64,000 bases of DNA, from contig JAQOWU010000007.1 of assembly GCA_030867685.1 (NCBI GenBank), positions 1,612,001 through 1,676,000 of the forward strand, given 5' to 3'. Under the pieces are notes generated by a model. It did no database searches and had not been told where the DNA came from. It was given only the letters and a program-made list of their open reading frames with translations. A program made the position numbers and the translations under genes. The stretch is from Wickerhamiella versatilis (lineage: Eukaryota). Below, in pieces: positions 19,176 through 30,189 of this stretch. Positions within the stretch are counted from its first letter, which is position 1; every line of letters starts with the position of its first letter.

Positions 19176-21110
19176 ATGAACCTCTCTCGAATATGGCCAG
19201 TGAAAAACACATGGTTGAGGACAAGTAAAGTCTTTCAGCGCTCATTTGCATCAAAGCATCGAGATTCAATAGTTCTTCCTCGCTTTGCAACCGTTTCAAC
19301 ATTAGCATCATTATTCAAAATTCGGTTTCTGGATTTCCAGAAACAGCTGAATGCGATGGGATTCAGTGATCACGCCCCGGATCACATTATGGACCAGGAG
19401 AGTGCAATATTGATTGCTGAAGAGCTGGGAATAAATGCAGTACGTGCAGAGAAACACGTTGACGACATAATCCCTCAGCCGCCTCCAACAGACTTAGCAT
19501 CTTGCCCGTCACGGCCCCCGATAATTGGATTACTGGGTCATGTAGATCACGGAAAGACAACTCTCTTGGACTGGTTTCGAAAAAGTCATATAACGGATGG
19601 AGAAAAAGGGGGAATCACCCAGCACATCGGCGCTTTTTTGACAAAATTCAGGACTCATCCCCAGCAGCAAGTTTGCTTCCTAGATACCCCTGGACATGAA
19701 GCTTTTTTGAAACTGAGACAACGTGGGGCTCATTTGACAGATTTGGTTTTACTAGTTGTTGCATCAGACGACTCTGTTATGCCTCAGACACGGGAAGCAA
19801 TTAGACATGCTCGTAATGCCGATGTGCCTATGGTTACTGCATTGACAAAAGTTGATAGGCCTGATTCAGACCCAGAGAAGACAGTACGGGATCTTAGTGC
19901 TGCGGGGGTAGATGTAGAAGAGTACGGTGGTGACACTCAATGCATTCCTGTGAGCGCACCAAAAAATTCAGGAATGGCGGACCTTGAGACAGCGCTCCTA
20001 GCTTTAATTGAAGTTCTGGATGTGAGAGCGCCACGTGACGGGCCATGTGAGGCCACTGTTGTTGAATCTCAGCAAATTAAGGGAGTGGGCCATGCCGCAA
20101 CAATAATTGTGAGGAGGGGAACTCTGAAACCACGAATGACAGTAGTGGCAGGTACTACTTGGGCTCGTGTCCGTCAACTGACGAACGAGCAAGGCAAACC
20201 GTTGAAGGAAGCACCACCTGGCACACCTCTGCGCGTTACTGGGTGGAAGGAATTACCCCAACCAGGTGACCTTGTGCTTCAAGCCAAGGATGAAGCTCAT
20301 GCTAAGCGTGTTGTTGAATACCGTAAGCGTGAGCGCGAAGCAGCTTCAGAGGCTAAGCTGGTCGACTCTATGAATGAATCGCGCAGGCAGGGCCACGTTG
20401 AGGCTCAGGTGAGAGCTGAACAAGAAGAACGGGCACGTGTGGGTCTAGCTAGTAAAAAGAATGATCAGGAACAAGTCAAAAAGAATGATGTTCCATTTGT
20501 TGTGAAAGCTGATGTGGGAGGATCAGCCGAAGCTGTGGCAGATTGCTTGCAGGAGCTAGGAAATGATGAAGTTGCAGCTTCGGTTCTATATCAAGGCGTG
20601 GGTCCCCCAACAGAGACAGATATTTTTAGAGCCGAAGCTGCAGGGGCTCAGATAATCGCATTCAGCTGTGCTATCCCGAGACCAATTGAGAGACTGGCTG
20701 AACAACGTCGGGTTCGTATATACAAGTTTGATGTCATATACAAGGCAATTGAAGCTGTCGTTGCAGACCTAAGTGCCCGCTTGTCCCCATTGGTGACTCG
20801 AAAAGTGTTAGGTACAGCAGAAATACGCCAAATATTCCGTATTCAGGGCAAACGAGGTTCAGCACCGACACTGGTGGCAGGAGTAAAAGTTATGAAAGGC
20901 ATTATTGAACGCTCATCCCCAATTCAAGTACTTAGGAATGGCAAGAAAGTTCATGATGGCCGACTTGCATCGATGCATCACGGAAAGGAGGTCATTACAC
21001 AAGCTCATAAAAATTCGGAATATGGTATCAGTTTTGATGGCTGGTCCGACTTCGAAGAAGGTGATGTGGTTGAAACTTATGAGGAAATAGTGACTCCACG
21101 TTATCTCTAA
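19176..21110 (+). CDS. IFM1: Mitochondrial translation initiation factor IF2
   Basis: GHVDHGKTTLLD, GGITQHIGAF, FLDTPGHEAF, KADVGGS; basic N-terminal presequence. Confidence 0.95.
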   Translation: MNLSRIWPVKNTWLRTSKVFQRSFASKHRDSIVLPRFATVSTLASLFKIRFLDFQKQLNAMGFSDHAPDHIMDQESAILIAEELGINAVRAEKHVDDIIPQPPPTDLASCPSRPPIIGLLGHVDHGKTTLLDWFRKSHITDGEKGGITQHIGAFLTKFRTHPQQQVCFLDTPGHEAFLKLRQRGAHLTDLVLLVVASDDSVMPQTREAIRHARNADVPMVTALTKVDRPDSDPEKTVRDLSAAGVDVEEYGGDTQCIPVSAPKNSGMADLETALLALIEVLDVRAPRDGPCEATVVESQQIKGVGHAATIIVRRGTLKPRMTVVAGTTWARVRQLTNEQGKPLKEAPPGTPLRVTGWKELPQPGDLVLQAKDEAHAKRVVEYRKREREAASEAKLVDSMNESRRQGHVEAQVRAEQEERARVGLASKKNDQEQVKKNDVPFVVKADVGGSAEAVADCLQELGNDEVAASVLYQGVGPPTETDIFRAEAAGAQIIAFSCAIPRPIERLAEQRRVRIYKFDVIYKAIEAVVADLSARLSPLVTRKVLGTAEIRQIFRIQGKRGSAPTLVAGVKVMKGIIERSSPIQVLRNGKKVHDGRLASMHHGKEVITQAHKNSEYGISFDGWSDFEEGDVVETYEEIVTPRYL

Positions 21111-21206
21111 ATGTACATAACTTGATATAATAAAAGATACAGAGACCTAAGAGCATCAAAAAAAACAAACAAATTAGTTCATGATAGATCTGGATTAATG
21201 CAAACT

Positions 21207-22238
21207 TCAAGATTGCTCCCATTGAACGCCAACCCATAATTCGTGGTATTTTACAGAATTCTCACTGACAGGATCAGCTACAGGTGTCGCGACAACAATG
21301 GTGCCCCACTCCATTCCATCTATGATCTGGGCCTCAGTCTCAAGCTCAGAGATAAGGTTCGGCATAAGTTGAAGCTCGAACAATTGTTGCCCAGGGAGTT
21401 GTCGCGAATTAGAAAATATTGTGAACATCTCATCTTTAGCATAAGGTACAACCTCCAGCCCACGTTCGTAGCGCAGAACTTGCTCAGGATTATTACGAAC
21501 ACGATCGATAAACTTCATGAACGTTGGATCTGTTAAAGATTTGGCAGCTGCTTCAAATTCAGGCGGTAAATCGTCATCACGGTTTGCTGGTGTGGGCCCA
21601 TCTGTAGATGCAGTAGCTTCTTCCGAAACGGTAGGGATGTCCGAAAATTTTTCTGGTGACAGGTATTCTTCTTCAATATCCACTTGAGAACACTTATACT
21701 TTCCCTCGACAATTATTGATGGTGTTTTCTTTTTCTTCTGAGATGACGCCTTACCACGAGTCTCACTTCCAGAGCTAAAATCTGTTCCACCAGCAAAGGG
21801 GTTAGAGGCTTTTTCACCGCTCAATAGACCAAGCTCCCCAAACATCTGTGGTCCTACTTCAGGCTTCATTTGCTCTTTTTCCTCTTCTGCAATACGAGAT
21901 TTCACTTCTGGACCGTCGTGAATCCCAAGTAATGCTCTGATTGATCCATCTTTTCGCCTACATTGAGCTTCAGCACAGCTAAAAACGTATATAACACGAT
22001 CATACTGCGTATTTGCTAATGGGCAGCTTAGCTGAGCCAATAGATCGAGCGTTTTTCCACAATTTTTGCATAATAGTAAGTGCTGCGGCGGTTGGATATC
22101 AGCCAGCCAAACTGCCTGACCCCCTAGATGATTGTCAATGGCTGTCATATCATTCGTTTTGGCTGGTTGACCAGCATATCCTAGTAGAACTGAAGTAACA
22201 CCTTGAAACTGTTCGTCTTCGCTATCTGAATCTGCCAT
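21207..22238 (-). CDS. TSR4: 20S rRNA accumulation protein / uS5 chaperone (PDCD2 family)
   Basis: VLLGY, LGG..VWL, CKNC..LLAQL, NPEQVLRY, FELQLMP, GMEWGT. Confidence 0.9.
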   Translation of the reverse strand: MADSDSEDEQFQGVTSVLLGYAGQPAKTNDMTAIDNHLGGQAVWLADIQPPQHLLLCKNCGKTLDLLAQLSCPLANTQYDRVIYVFSCAEAQCRRKDGSIRALLGIHDGPEVKSRIAEEEKEQMKPEVGPQMFGELGLLSGEKASNPFAGGTDFSSGSETRGKASSQKKKKTPSIIVEGKYKCSQVDIEEEYLSPEKFSDIPTVSEEATASTDGPTPANRDDDLPPEFEAAAKSLTDPTFMKFIDRVRNNPEQVLRYERGLEVVPYAKDEMFTIFSNSRQLPGQQLFELQLMPNLISELETEAQIIDGMEWGTIVVATPVADPVSENSVKYHELWVGVQWEQS

Positions 22239-22456
22239 AAAAAGAATATAATTATATAATCTTCATACATTTCTAGATGAATAAAGTCGGAAATATCACT
22301 GACAGCTATAAGAAAGTTGCGGCAATAAATACGTTTGAAGAATGAGAAAGAAAAACGCCTCCCGTCTTTGGATAAAAGAGAAGCAGATATGACTCAAGTT
22401 ATGATAAAAATAATATTTCCCTTCTAATAGCTTAAAAAATGCAACCTCCTAAATAA

Positions 22457-23668
22457 TCAAAAGTCGTCATAAATTACTTCTTCGACCTCTTCCGACTCAT
22501 TGGACTCTAGGAGTCCATCATAATCCAGTTTTAAGTCACCATCTCGGAAGACAGCTGGAAGCCGCTTACCCTTCGCGATACCTTTGTATTTCCAAAGACG
22601 TCGAGCCCTATCATCCATAGAAATCTCCACAATAGTGTAAGGAATCTTGTAAGACTCTAAAATTGTCTTGGCCATATTGATACTCATCATCACTCCCCTT
22701 CCTCCAGAAGCGAACGAAACAAATAAATAGACAACTTTAGAATCATCAGGCTCATCAGCTTTTGCTGGCTCAGCAGGAGTTTCAGCAGGAGTTTCAGCTG
22801 GATTCTCAGCTGCCTCCTTGGGTGGTTCAGCATGCTCTGGCATATCCTTACGGGATTCTGGCATATCGCTGTGATCTACTGGCTCGTTAACTGGTTCTGA
22901 TTCTTCAATCGGTCCTTTAGGAACTTCTTCATCCTCTTTATCAGCATCTGATGTATCCTTTAGTTCTCCCCGTACCAGCCGGATTGTTTCAGGTTCATTC
23001 TGAGGCACCTTCTCCTTCTCCTGCGAGGATGTGGTTGTGGCCCCTTTAGATTGACTGTCACTCAAACCGGTGGGTTTAGGGCTTTCAACAGGTTGTAAAT
23101 CATCAGGCTTCTCTTCAATATCATGCGAATCATCTAATTCAGACTGCTCTTCCTGGTTAACTGGGTTAATTGTCTCCTTGGCGTTCTCCAAGGAGGTCTC
23201 CTTAGAGGCCTGGTCGTGTTTTTCTGAGGTTGACTCTGCCGAATTGGGATGAGAATCGAGTGAGAGGCCACCAAGGGTATCGCCGAGCTTGTCTTTCTGG
23301 TCATCAGGGTGGCTAGAGATCTCATTTGTTGGATCATCATGTGCGACTGATGAGGAATTAACCGAGTTACCGATTTCTGTGGGTTCCTCATTGAGCGAGT
23401 CTGCCAAATCTGCCGTGGAGGAATCGATGTCATTCGATTTACGCTTCGTGTCTGGATTCTGTTCCAGAGCACAATCAGTGGCTTCTTCATCCCCTGGAGC
23501 GGGTGCGTCAAGTGGATGTGCAGCTTCAGGCCTATCCTCTACAAGCTCATAGCTTGATTGGGAGAGAACAGAAGATGGTCTCCAAGGCTCATCACTATCG
23601 CTCTCTGCCTCAATCGAGGCATTGGTGCTGCTAACCAACTGCTCTAATTGCGCCAGGTCCTTGTCCAT
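22457..23668 (-). CDS. AIP5: Acidic disordered protein with C-terminal SH3BGR/glutaredoxin-like domain (Aip5-like)
   Basis: Long D/E/S/P-rich region followed by VYLFVSFASG..ILES..ARRLWK..LPAVFRDG. Confidence 0.7.
   Translation of the reverse strand: MDKDLAQLEQLVSSTNASIEAESDSDEPWRPSSVLSQSSYELVEDRPEAAHPLDAPAPGDEEATDCALEQNPDTKRKSNDIDSSTADLADSLNEEPTEIGNSVNSSSVAHDDPTNEISSHPDDQKDKLGDTLGGLSLDSHPNSAESTSEKHDQASKETSLENAKETINPVNQEEQSELDDSHDIEEKPDDLQPVESPKPTGLSDSQSKGATTTSSQEKEKVPQNEPETIRLVRGELKDTSDADKEDEEVPKGPIEESEPVNEPVDHSDMPESRKDMPEHAEPPKEAAENPAETPAETPAEPAKADEPDDSKVVYLFVSFASGGRGVMMSINMAKTILESYKIPYTIVEISMDDRARRLWKYKGIAKGKRLPAVFRDGDLKLDYDGLLESNESEEVEEVIYDDF
22770..22810. repeat. In-frame 12-bp repeat (tcagcaggagtt), about 3.4 copies, encoding PAET repeats
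   Basis: Visible tandem copies within the AIP5-like CDS. Confidence 0.7.
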
Positions 23669-24106
23669 GACTAATCAATCCCATCCGCAGGTAGGTGGAT
23701 AAATAGTGTAGATAGCTCGAAATAAACATTCGACTCGTTCATAGTAGGAGGAATTCTGATAAATCTAAGATGGTATAGCTGAACCATTTTTTTAGATCCG
23801 AATGCGAGATACTAAGCGGCAGGAAGTATATTTAATCTCAAGGTTTGACCAGACTTCTGCATTCCCCAGTTACAGGAAATTCAATTTTCCTTATTACGTG
23901 CTATTAATGGAAATAAAAGATATTTAAAAAATCGTTTCAAACGATTAGATCGCAAGAATACGCCGTTGGCTGTTCGGGTAATTATTTGCACATTTTATCA
24001 TTAAGGTGAAAGGTACGTAAAATATATAGGAAGTCCTCATAACAAGAGGCAATATTTAAAAAAAATTATCATACTCCATGAGTGACCCCACAGCAACCAA
24101 GAAGGC

Positions 24107-24727
24107 TCATACGGCAGCATAATAACGACTATCCTGGGCGTCCATCGTCTCCTTCCTTAGGTTGATGGGCATTGAAGCCTGGCTCCGCCAGGCCTCTCGA
24201 GACGGGGTCTCCTTACTGATGACAACATCAGTAATGTTATCGGATAGCACATCAATTATCAACTTGTCTGATCCTCTGGGTAGAAGGAGGTCAGCATTTT
24301 TCCTGGTATCATCTATATGGTCGAGAAACTCAGGACGACAGACCTGTAAGTAGCTATCCAGAACGTTGTCTAAATGTTTCTTCCCCGAAGAAACATCCCG
24401 TAAAATCCATTGCGACAAACGGGTGTCTGCATCCGTATCTACAAAAATACGTAACTGCGCCATTTCGCAGAGTGTGGTATCATAAAGAGCATAGCATCCA
24501 TGAACTAAGATAACTTCATAGTCCCCAAAGGCATTCTCAATATCATGTATGCATTTGGCGAAGTCAACACTGGGCTTGTTGTCTTCAAGCTGATACTTAT
24601 AAAGATCTATTAGCAGAATACGGAAGCTAGGTACTTCTGTCTCAATCCTACGCTTGAGATCCTCACATACAGTACGTTTTCCAGCTGCGTGTCCTCCCGA
24701 GACCAATGTAACAAATGCCTGAGCCAT
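24107..24727 (-). CDS. DAS2: Uridine-kinase-like protein
   Basis: Degenerate P-loop SGGHAAGK and UK-type segments [21 protein letters not shown] and ADLLLP; head-to-head with FAL1 as in S. cerevisiae. Confidence 0.8.
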   Translation of the reverse strand: MAQAFVTLVSGGHAAGKRTVCEDLKRRIETEVPSFRILLIDLYKYQLEDNKPSVDFAKCIHDIENAFGDYEVILVHGCYALYDTTLCEMAQLRIFVDTDADTRLSQWILRDVSSGKKHLDNVLDSYLQVCRPEFLDHIDDTRKNADLLLPRGSDKLIIDVLSDNITDVVISKETPSREAWRSQASMPINLRKETMDAQDSRYYAAV

Positions 24728-24783
24728 TACATAACATTAAGTTTTTTAGACCTGAAGTAGGTAATTTTTGTCACTTGATATAT

Positions 24784-25962
24784 ATGCGGGATGATCTTCA
24801 GGATGCGGACTTGACTATATCCGACAAAGTTCGTGCTGTTAAGACTTTTGAAGAGATGGGGTTGAAGAAGGAACTACTTCGGGGAATTTACAATTATGGT
24901 TTCGAAACACCGTCCGCTATCCAAAGTCGAGCTATTATGCAAATAATAAGCGGTAGGGATACCATCGCCCAGGCTCAATCTGGGACAGGCAAGACAGCTA
25001 CCTTTACCATTGGCATGCTGCAAGCTCTTGATACTCGTTCTCGCGAAGTCCAAGCACTGGTGTTAAGCCCAACTCGAGAATTGGCGGTCCAAATAACCCA
25101 GGTAGTCAATGCACTTGGTGATTTTATGGGTATCCATACCTGGGCTTGTATAGGTGGTACATCAGTGGGCGAAGAAACTCGAAGGCATAGTGGTGCTCAG
25201 GTTGTTTCTGGTACACCTGGTCGAGTCAAAGACATGATTCGTCGCCGAATGGTAGATACTCGCCACGTTAAAGTCCTTATTCTGGATGAGGCCGACTCTT
25301 TACTTGAACAGGGATTTCAAAAAGATATCAATGATATTTATCGAGTGCTTCCATCCTCTACACAAGTGGTGGTTGTTTCAGCGACGCTGCCTGCTGATGT
25401 TATGAGTATGGTTCGCCAATTCATGACAGACCCCGTCAAAATTCTAGTCAAGAGGGATGAGTTGTCATTGAAGGCACTCAAGCAATTCTACATCAATGTA
25501 GAGGACGAAAAGTGGAAGTTTGATACACTTTGTGATCTCTATGATACATTAACGATCCAGCAATCAGTAATATTCTGCAATACGAGGAAGAAAGTTGACT
25601 GGCTCACGCACCAGATGCGTTCGCAAAATTTTACTGTGGCGAGCATACACGGCGAGATGTCCCAAAAGGATCGGAATCGCATTATGTCTGAGTTTCGACA
25701 GGGATTATCACGTGTTCTTATCTCCACCGATGTTTGGGCCCGTGGAATAGATGTCCAGCAAGTTTCTGCAGTAATAAATTATGATCTTCCCCTGAACCGC
25801 GAAAATTACCTGCATCGCATTGGCCGCTCTGCCCGATTTGGGAGAAAAGGCGTTGCAATCAACTTTATAACGGTAGATGACGAGCATGAATTCCATCAGC
25901 TACAAAAGTACTACAGCATTCGCATACGAGAAATGCCAGCTGATATCAGTAAGTACATTTGA
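24784..25962 (+). CDS. FAL1: eIF4A-III DEAD-box RNA helicase
   Basis: [49 protein letters not shown] (eIF4AIII-specific) and HRIGRS. Start likely 24784 because 24715 overlaps DAS2. Confidence 0.93.
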   Translation: MRDDLQDADLTISDKVRAVKTFEEMGLKKELLRGIYNYGFETPSAIQSRAIMQIISGRDTIAQAQSGTGKTATFTIGMLQALDTRSREVQALVLSPTRELAVQITQVVNALGDFMGIHTWACIGGTSVGEETRRHSGAQVVSGTPGRVKDMIRRRMVDTRHVKVLILDEADSLLEQGFQKDINDIYRVLPSSTQVVVVSATLPADVMSMVRQFMTDPVKILVKRDELSLKALKQFYINVEDEKWKFDTLCDLYDTLTIQQSVIFCNTRKKVDWLTHQMRSQNFTVASIHGEMSQKDRNRIMSEFRQGLSRVLISTDVWARGIDVQQVSAVINYDLPLNRENYLHRIGRSARFGRKGVAINFITVDDEHEFHQLQKYYSIRIREMPADISKYI

Positions 25963-26044
25963 AGATATGGCGAGTGACCCACCATCTAATGTGTAGTAAT
26001 AATACCTGACTAATAGGTCCCACAACTATAAACAAACGCTTGAA

Positions 26045-28201
26045 ATGAGCCGCGCAAGCGGCGTGCACGTATATGTGCGCTGCCGTGATGCATCGCGCTC
26101 ATCATTTGATGTTAATACTAATAATACGAGCACGATAGTGCCCCGTCGATATCCGCGGCAATATAGCTTTGACGGTACATTCGAATCTCATGTGACACAA
26201 AGGGAAATATTTGAAAGGGTGGCACAGCCATTAGTTATTGGCCTAATGGCTGGTATATCAGCTACGATATTCGCTTATGGACAAACTGGTACGGGTAAGA
26301 CGTACACGATTTCTGGCACGCCATCAGATCCTGGGCTGGTGCCGCGATGCATTCAGGAGATTTTTACCCGGGCAGGCACTCAAAGTTGCGGATTAGGAAT
26401 CCAATATGTTGAATTGTATAATGAGCAGCTATATGATTTGCTTTCCCCAAAGCGTGAACGTTGCCGGCTTGTCGAGGATCGCGTGGTAGGGGCAGATGTT
26501 CGATTCGTGACTAGCTACAGCGCTGCACTTAAAGTAGTCGAGGAAGCGTCAGAAAGGCGCAGTGTTGCCTATACGGATTCAAATGCAGACTCAAGCAGGT
26601 CACATGCTGTCCTGACTTTCAATTTGGTAATGGGCGAGTCTGCGATGGTATCAAAACTGCACCTTGTGGATTTGGCTGGCAGTGAAAATGTTATTAGAAG
26701 CGGGTCGCTTAAAAGGGCACCACGCCAGCGGGAGGCCGTGTTAATAAATCAGTCACTCCTATCGCTGGGACGTGTAATTTCCGCGCTGGTGGTTGGCTCT
26801 GAACACATCCCTTACCGGGAGTCCAAACTTACTCGACTGCTCCGGGACTCTCTCGGGGGCAGTACACAAACTTCGATGATAGCAACTGTATCATTGCGTC
26901 CAGAGAATGAGGATGAAACACTACAAACACTCGAATATGCTGCCAAAACGAAGCGGATAACCAACAAGCCCCAGCCAGTACCCCCAAACCTGAACTTGAG
27001 AGAGATGGTTATGCTTCTTGAAAGAACTCAAAGGGACTTGGATGCACAAAGAAGGAAAGATGGTGGCATATATTTGGAAACTACTCGTTTCTATGACCTC
27101 GAACGAGGGTTTGAGTTAGCTCAGTCTTTAGACGCAAAATTACGTGCACGGGAATTGGAAACCGAAAAGCTTCAGGCAGAGAATATACTGTTAAAGCAGC
27201 GTTATGAGGCTCAACAAGCAGCGATATCTGCAGCATATGGAAGAGTGGTCAGCGCTGCTGATGCAGTACATGCCTCAGCCGGTGATAATGTATCAAGAGC
27301 TTCCTCATTGGAGTCTTTGATACATGAACTGGTTAACCTATCCCAGTCCACACTTACTGAGCTGCAAAGCATTAACGCGCCTACTGAACTCGGGTCAGTA
27401 TCTGCCTGGACTCGAAGACAAGTCCGGGTGGAAGTTTCACGTGCCGTGGAATCAGCGCAAAAGGGAATCACTGAAGCTTTTGACGCATTCCGGGTAAAGT
27501 TCCACGAAAATGTCAATGCTCTGGAAGGCATCGGCCCTCAGGTAGCCGGAGGAATTTCACTTTTAGAGACGTCCTTGCGAAATGCTTCCTCGGAGTTACA
27601 GGAGCGGGAGAACAGAGATAAAGAGGAAGCCCGAGACCAAATAAAGATTCTTGAAGCTCAGATGAGTATTTGGAAAAACCGGTTAGACCGGAGGGATTTG
27701 AAATTGCCTGTGGTCCCCTCGAGCTTATCCTCAGCTGGCCCTGGGGTAATGAGGTCTGTGAGTCACTTGAAGCAGGCCGCGACTGAAGTCCAAAATCCCA
27801 CTCTTGACCTAGGAGATGTGACGTATGCTGTCGACAACGCACTTAGAGGGGTTCAGGATGCTGCAGACAACCACCGCGTACTTTCAACAATCGTGGCTAG
27901 ATCGGGTGAGCGCTTAAAGACTCTATCCTCATCAGCAGTTCCTTCACTCGCTACGCAGCTAAGAAATAAGGCCGACGATATCAATCAGCAAGCTTCTGTG
28001 GTTTGCACGACGGTCGAGGAATTGGCACCGCTCACACGGTCCCAACGCAGCGAGGGCTCGGAGCCTAACTACCCACCGCCAAACCGGTCACCAGCTAAGT
28101 CACCACAGCAGACATCGCCAGCAAAGCTTGGCAAACGTACTCGGAATGTACTGCGACCATGTAACACGGACAAGATACCCTGCAGGAGAAAGCTGGGCTA
28201 G
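26045..28201 (+). CDS. Kinesin motor protein, kinesin-5 (BimC/Kip1/Cin8)-like
   Basis: IFAYGQTGTGKTYT, SSRSH, LVDLAGSEN, HIPYRESKLTRLL and NKPQ, then 'L.AQRRKDGGIY' neck and coiled coil. Confidence 0.88.
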   Translation: MSRASGVHVYVRCRDASRSSFDVNTNNTSTIVPRRYPRQYSFDGTFESHVTQREIFERVAQPLVIGLMAGISATIFAYGQTGTGKTYTISGTPSDPGLVPRCIQEIFTRAGTQSCGLGIQYVELYNEQLYDLLSPKRERCRLVEDRVVGADVRFVTSYSAALKVVEEASERRSVAYTDSNADSSRSHAVLTFNLVMGESAMVSKLHLVDLAGSENVIRSGSLKRAPRQREAVLINQSLLSLGRVISALVVGSEHIPYRESKLTRLLRDSLGGSTQTSMIATVSLRPENEDETLQTLEYAAKTKRITNKPQPVPPNLNLREMVMLLERTQRDLDAQRRKDGGIYLETTRFYDLERGFELAQSLDAKLRARELETEKLQAENILLKQRYEAQQAAISAAYGRVVSAADAVHASAGDNVSRASSLESLIHELVNLSQSTLTELQSINAPTELGSVSAWTRRQVRVEVSRAVESAQKGITEAFDAFRVKFHENVNALEGIGPQVAGGISLLETSLRNASSELQERENRDKEEARDQIKILEAQMSIWKNRLDRRDLKLPVVPSSLSSAGPGVMRSVSHLKQAATEVQNPTLDLGDVTYAVDNALRGVQDAADNHRVLSTIVARSGERLKTLSSSAVPSLATQLRNKADDINQQASVVCTTVEELAPLTRSQRSEGSEPNYPPPNRSPAKSPQQTSPAKLGKRTRNVLRPCNTDKIPCRRKLG

Positions 28202-28793
28202 CACTTATTTATTATAACGGTCTAATAGTACTTTATAGGCTTAATACTCTGTCAAATACTGCCCTTTATGACCATGACGACATGAAATTTCACCTGAAAT
28301 GGTTAAACGTAAGCAACTTTGAAACTGGGCACAGGGTGTGAAACTCTGAAACCCATGTTAGCTTAGCCTCTCCAGCCAATCTATTATCTATTTGTTAGCC
28401 TCTGTTGTTGCTGTTTCCTCACTTATGAGGCTCAGAACAGGTCTGTGTAGAATATAGCATTTCTTCACCGGCAAAAACATACCTTTTCCTCGAGAATACT
28501 CTCTGGGACAAAGAAAAAAAGTTGACTATAAAAAGCGATTATTTAAGCATAAATCCCGGATAAACCAGGTGGTTCCTAACTCCCAAAATTGGATAGTGAC
28601 GTCGCTTTTCTCAGAGTTCTCGTTAAATATTCTTATTTGCAGCCTAATTACTCGAAATAACGGCGATCGCCGCAGCCGGTCGGGGCTAGCCGTTGCCCAC
28701 TAGCACCCTAACCCACGTACATGAGACGCACACCCGCAGTTAGGAGGAACGCAGAACGGTTTATTTGTCTTACAGGTCATTCGGACTCCTCCG

Positions 28794-29819
28794 ATGGAGG
28801 GAAGTGCAACGGAACCTGTATGTATAGGATTGGATCAGATCCGTAACGGATCCGCAGATCAGTGGCTTGATGAAGCTTTTTGTGATAATAATGCCTTAGG
28901 ACTGCTCCTGGTATGTGCAATGCCTACAGAATTCGCAAGAGTTAGACAAAGGGTGCTTCATAGAGCACCAGCAATTGCATCCTTGTGTGAAAACCGTGAC
29001 AATGACTGGGGAATTTCAGGATTGACCAGAGGAGGTGCTGTAGGGGATAACCTGAAAGCATCCTGGTATCTCTCTTGCAACTTTCTTAGAGATGCCAATG
29101 CAGACCAATGTGACTCTGAAACCGCCTCGCAATTTGTAAGCCCATTCACAAGTCCAAATGTATGGCCCTCAGACAATGAGGTTCCTGGTCTTCGCGAAGA
29201 CGTTAAGACATTGGTGGGGTATCTACACGAGGCAATGCTGGTAGTTGCTGCGGCGATTGATCGAACCTACAAACTTGATCTCTCGGTTGAGAAGCTCATC
29301 AGGGAGAGCGACATGGTGAGATCCCGCATGACACTCTATTATCCTGGTTCAGATAAGAATCAGCCGGAACACGAGGATTATTCTCTCCTTACTGCCTTCA
29401 CTGGAGCTTCCGGTGTGGGTGAGAATATAAAACCTCAGAAGTATTGCCAGATCGTCCGAACTTTACGCAACGACGTTGGTTTCAAGCCAGAAACACCGAT
29501 AAGTATTCCGTCAAATGCCGTATGTCTCAAGATTGGCAGCACCTTAGAGTATCTGTCTCAGGGTCGCCTACGCAGCTCGCGTCACCAATTCTTTGGTGAC
29601 TCAAGATTATCAATTGCAAACTTTATGCTGTTTGGTCAGCCGAGGTTGAATTTTGGTTTCCAAAACTCGATGCATTATGGCGAATATATGCATGACAGGC
29701 TTGGCAAAGTACTCCATGACCAGAAAGCTCAAAGGGCTGCTGGAAAACCTCGAGCTAAGCATTCCAATGCGCGTGATGGTGTGCCCTCACCCGAATCCGC
29801 CTTGGATGGTGATCAATAA
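28794..29819 (+). CDS. 2-oxoglutarate/Fe(II)-dependent dioxygenase (IPNS-like), substrate unknown
   Basis: HxD (HED), distal His in IGSTLEYLSQGRLRSSRH, RxS (RLS), and an RMTLYYP strand. Confidence 0.75.
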   Translation: MEGSATEPVCIGLDQIRNGSADQWLDEAFCDNNALGLLLVCAMPTEFARVRQRVLHRAPAIASLCENRDNDWGISGLTRGGAVGDNLKASWYLSCNFLRDANADQCDSETASQFVSPFTSPNVWPSDNEVPGLREDVKTLVGYLHEAMLVVAAAIDRTYKLDLSVEKLIRESDMVRSRMTLYYPGSDKNQPEHEDYSLLTAFTGASGVGENIKPQKYCQIVRTLRNDVGFKPETPISIPSNAVCLKIGSTLEYLSQGRLRSSRHQFFGDSRLSIANFMLFGQPRLNFGFQNSMHYGEYMHDRLGKVLHDQKAQRAAGKPRAKHSNARDGVPSPESALDGDQ

Positions 29820-30189
29820 GTTTGCCGCTTGAAATATGAATTATTATATCTTTCCAATAAGATGTCAGTTGTGTCTCATTGGAAGGTACGATTCGCATGT
29901 GTAATGGGATTACACGTGGGGAATCATTCCATAATTATTATCCCCGTAGCATACATATATGCCTAGGTGTATATTTTAGAGCGAAATCCTAAAACTAGAA
30001 ACAAACAATTCACTTTATGAGCGAGTTTTACGCTCGCTTCATACTTCTAAACTTGCAAACTTTGTGTGGGAAACCCAATTTTTCATGAAGGCTGTATGTA
30101 TACAAACTCTAATACTCCCAGGGGAAATCACTTACCACTTCGGGAGCTGACTTAGCGGTCAGGTACGCGTCCGGACACATTGGAATGTG

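Noticed and set aside
25949..26016. Possible intron GTAAGT...GACTAATAG at the FAL1 3' end
   Set aside because: The branch point abuts the AG with no spacer, and the unspliced C-terminus already has normal eIF4AIII length.
28705..28714. Telomerase RNA template
   Set aside because: The same motif recurs in another promoter, the gap is short, and I saw no other telomerase RNA elements; a telobox site is the simpler explanation.
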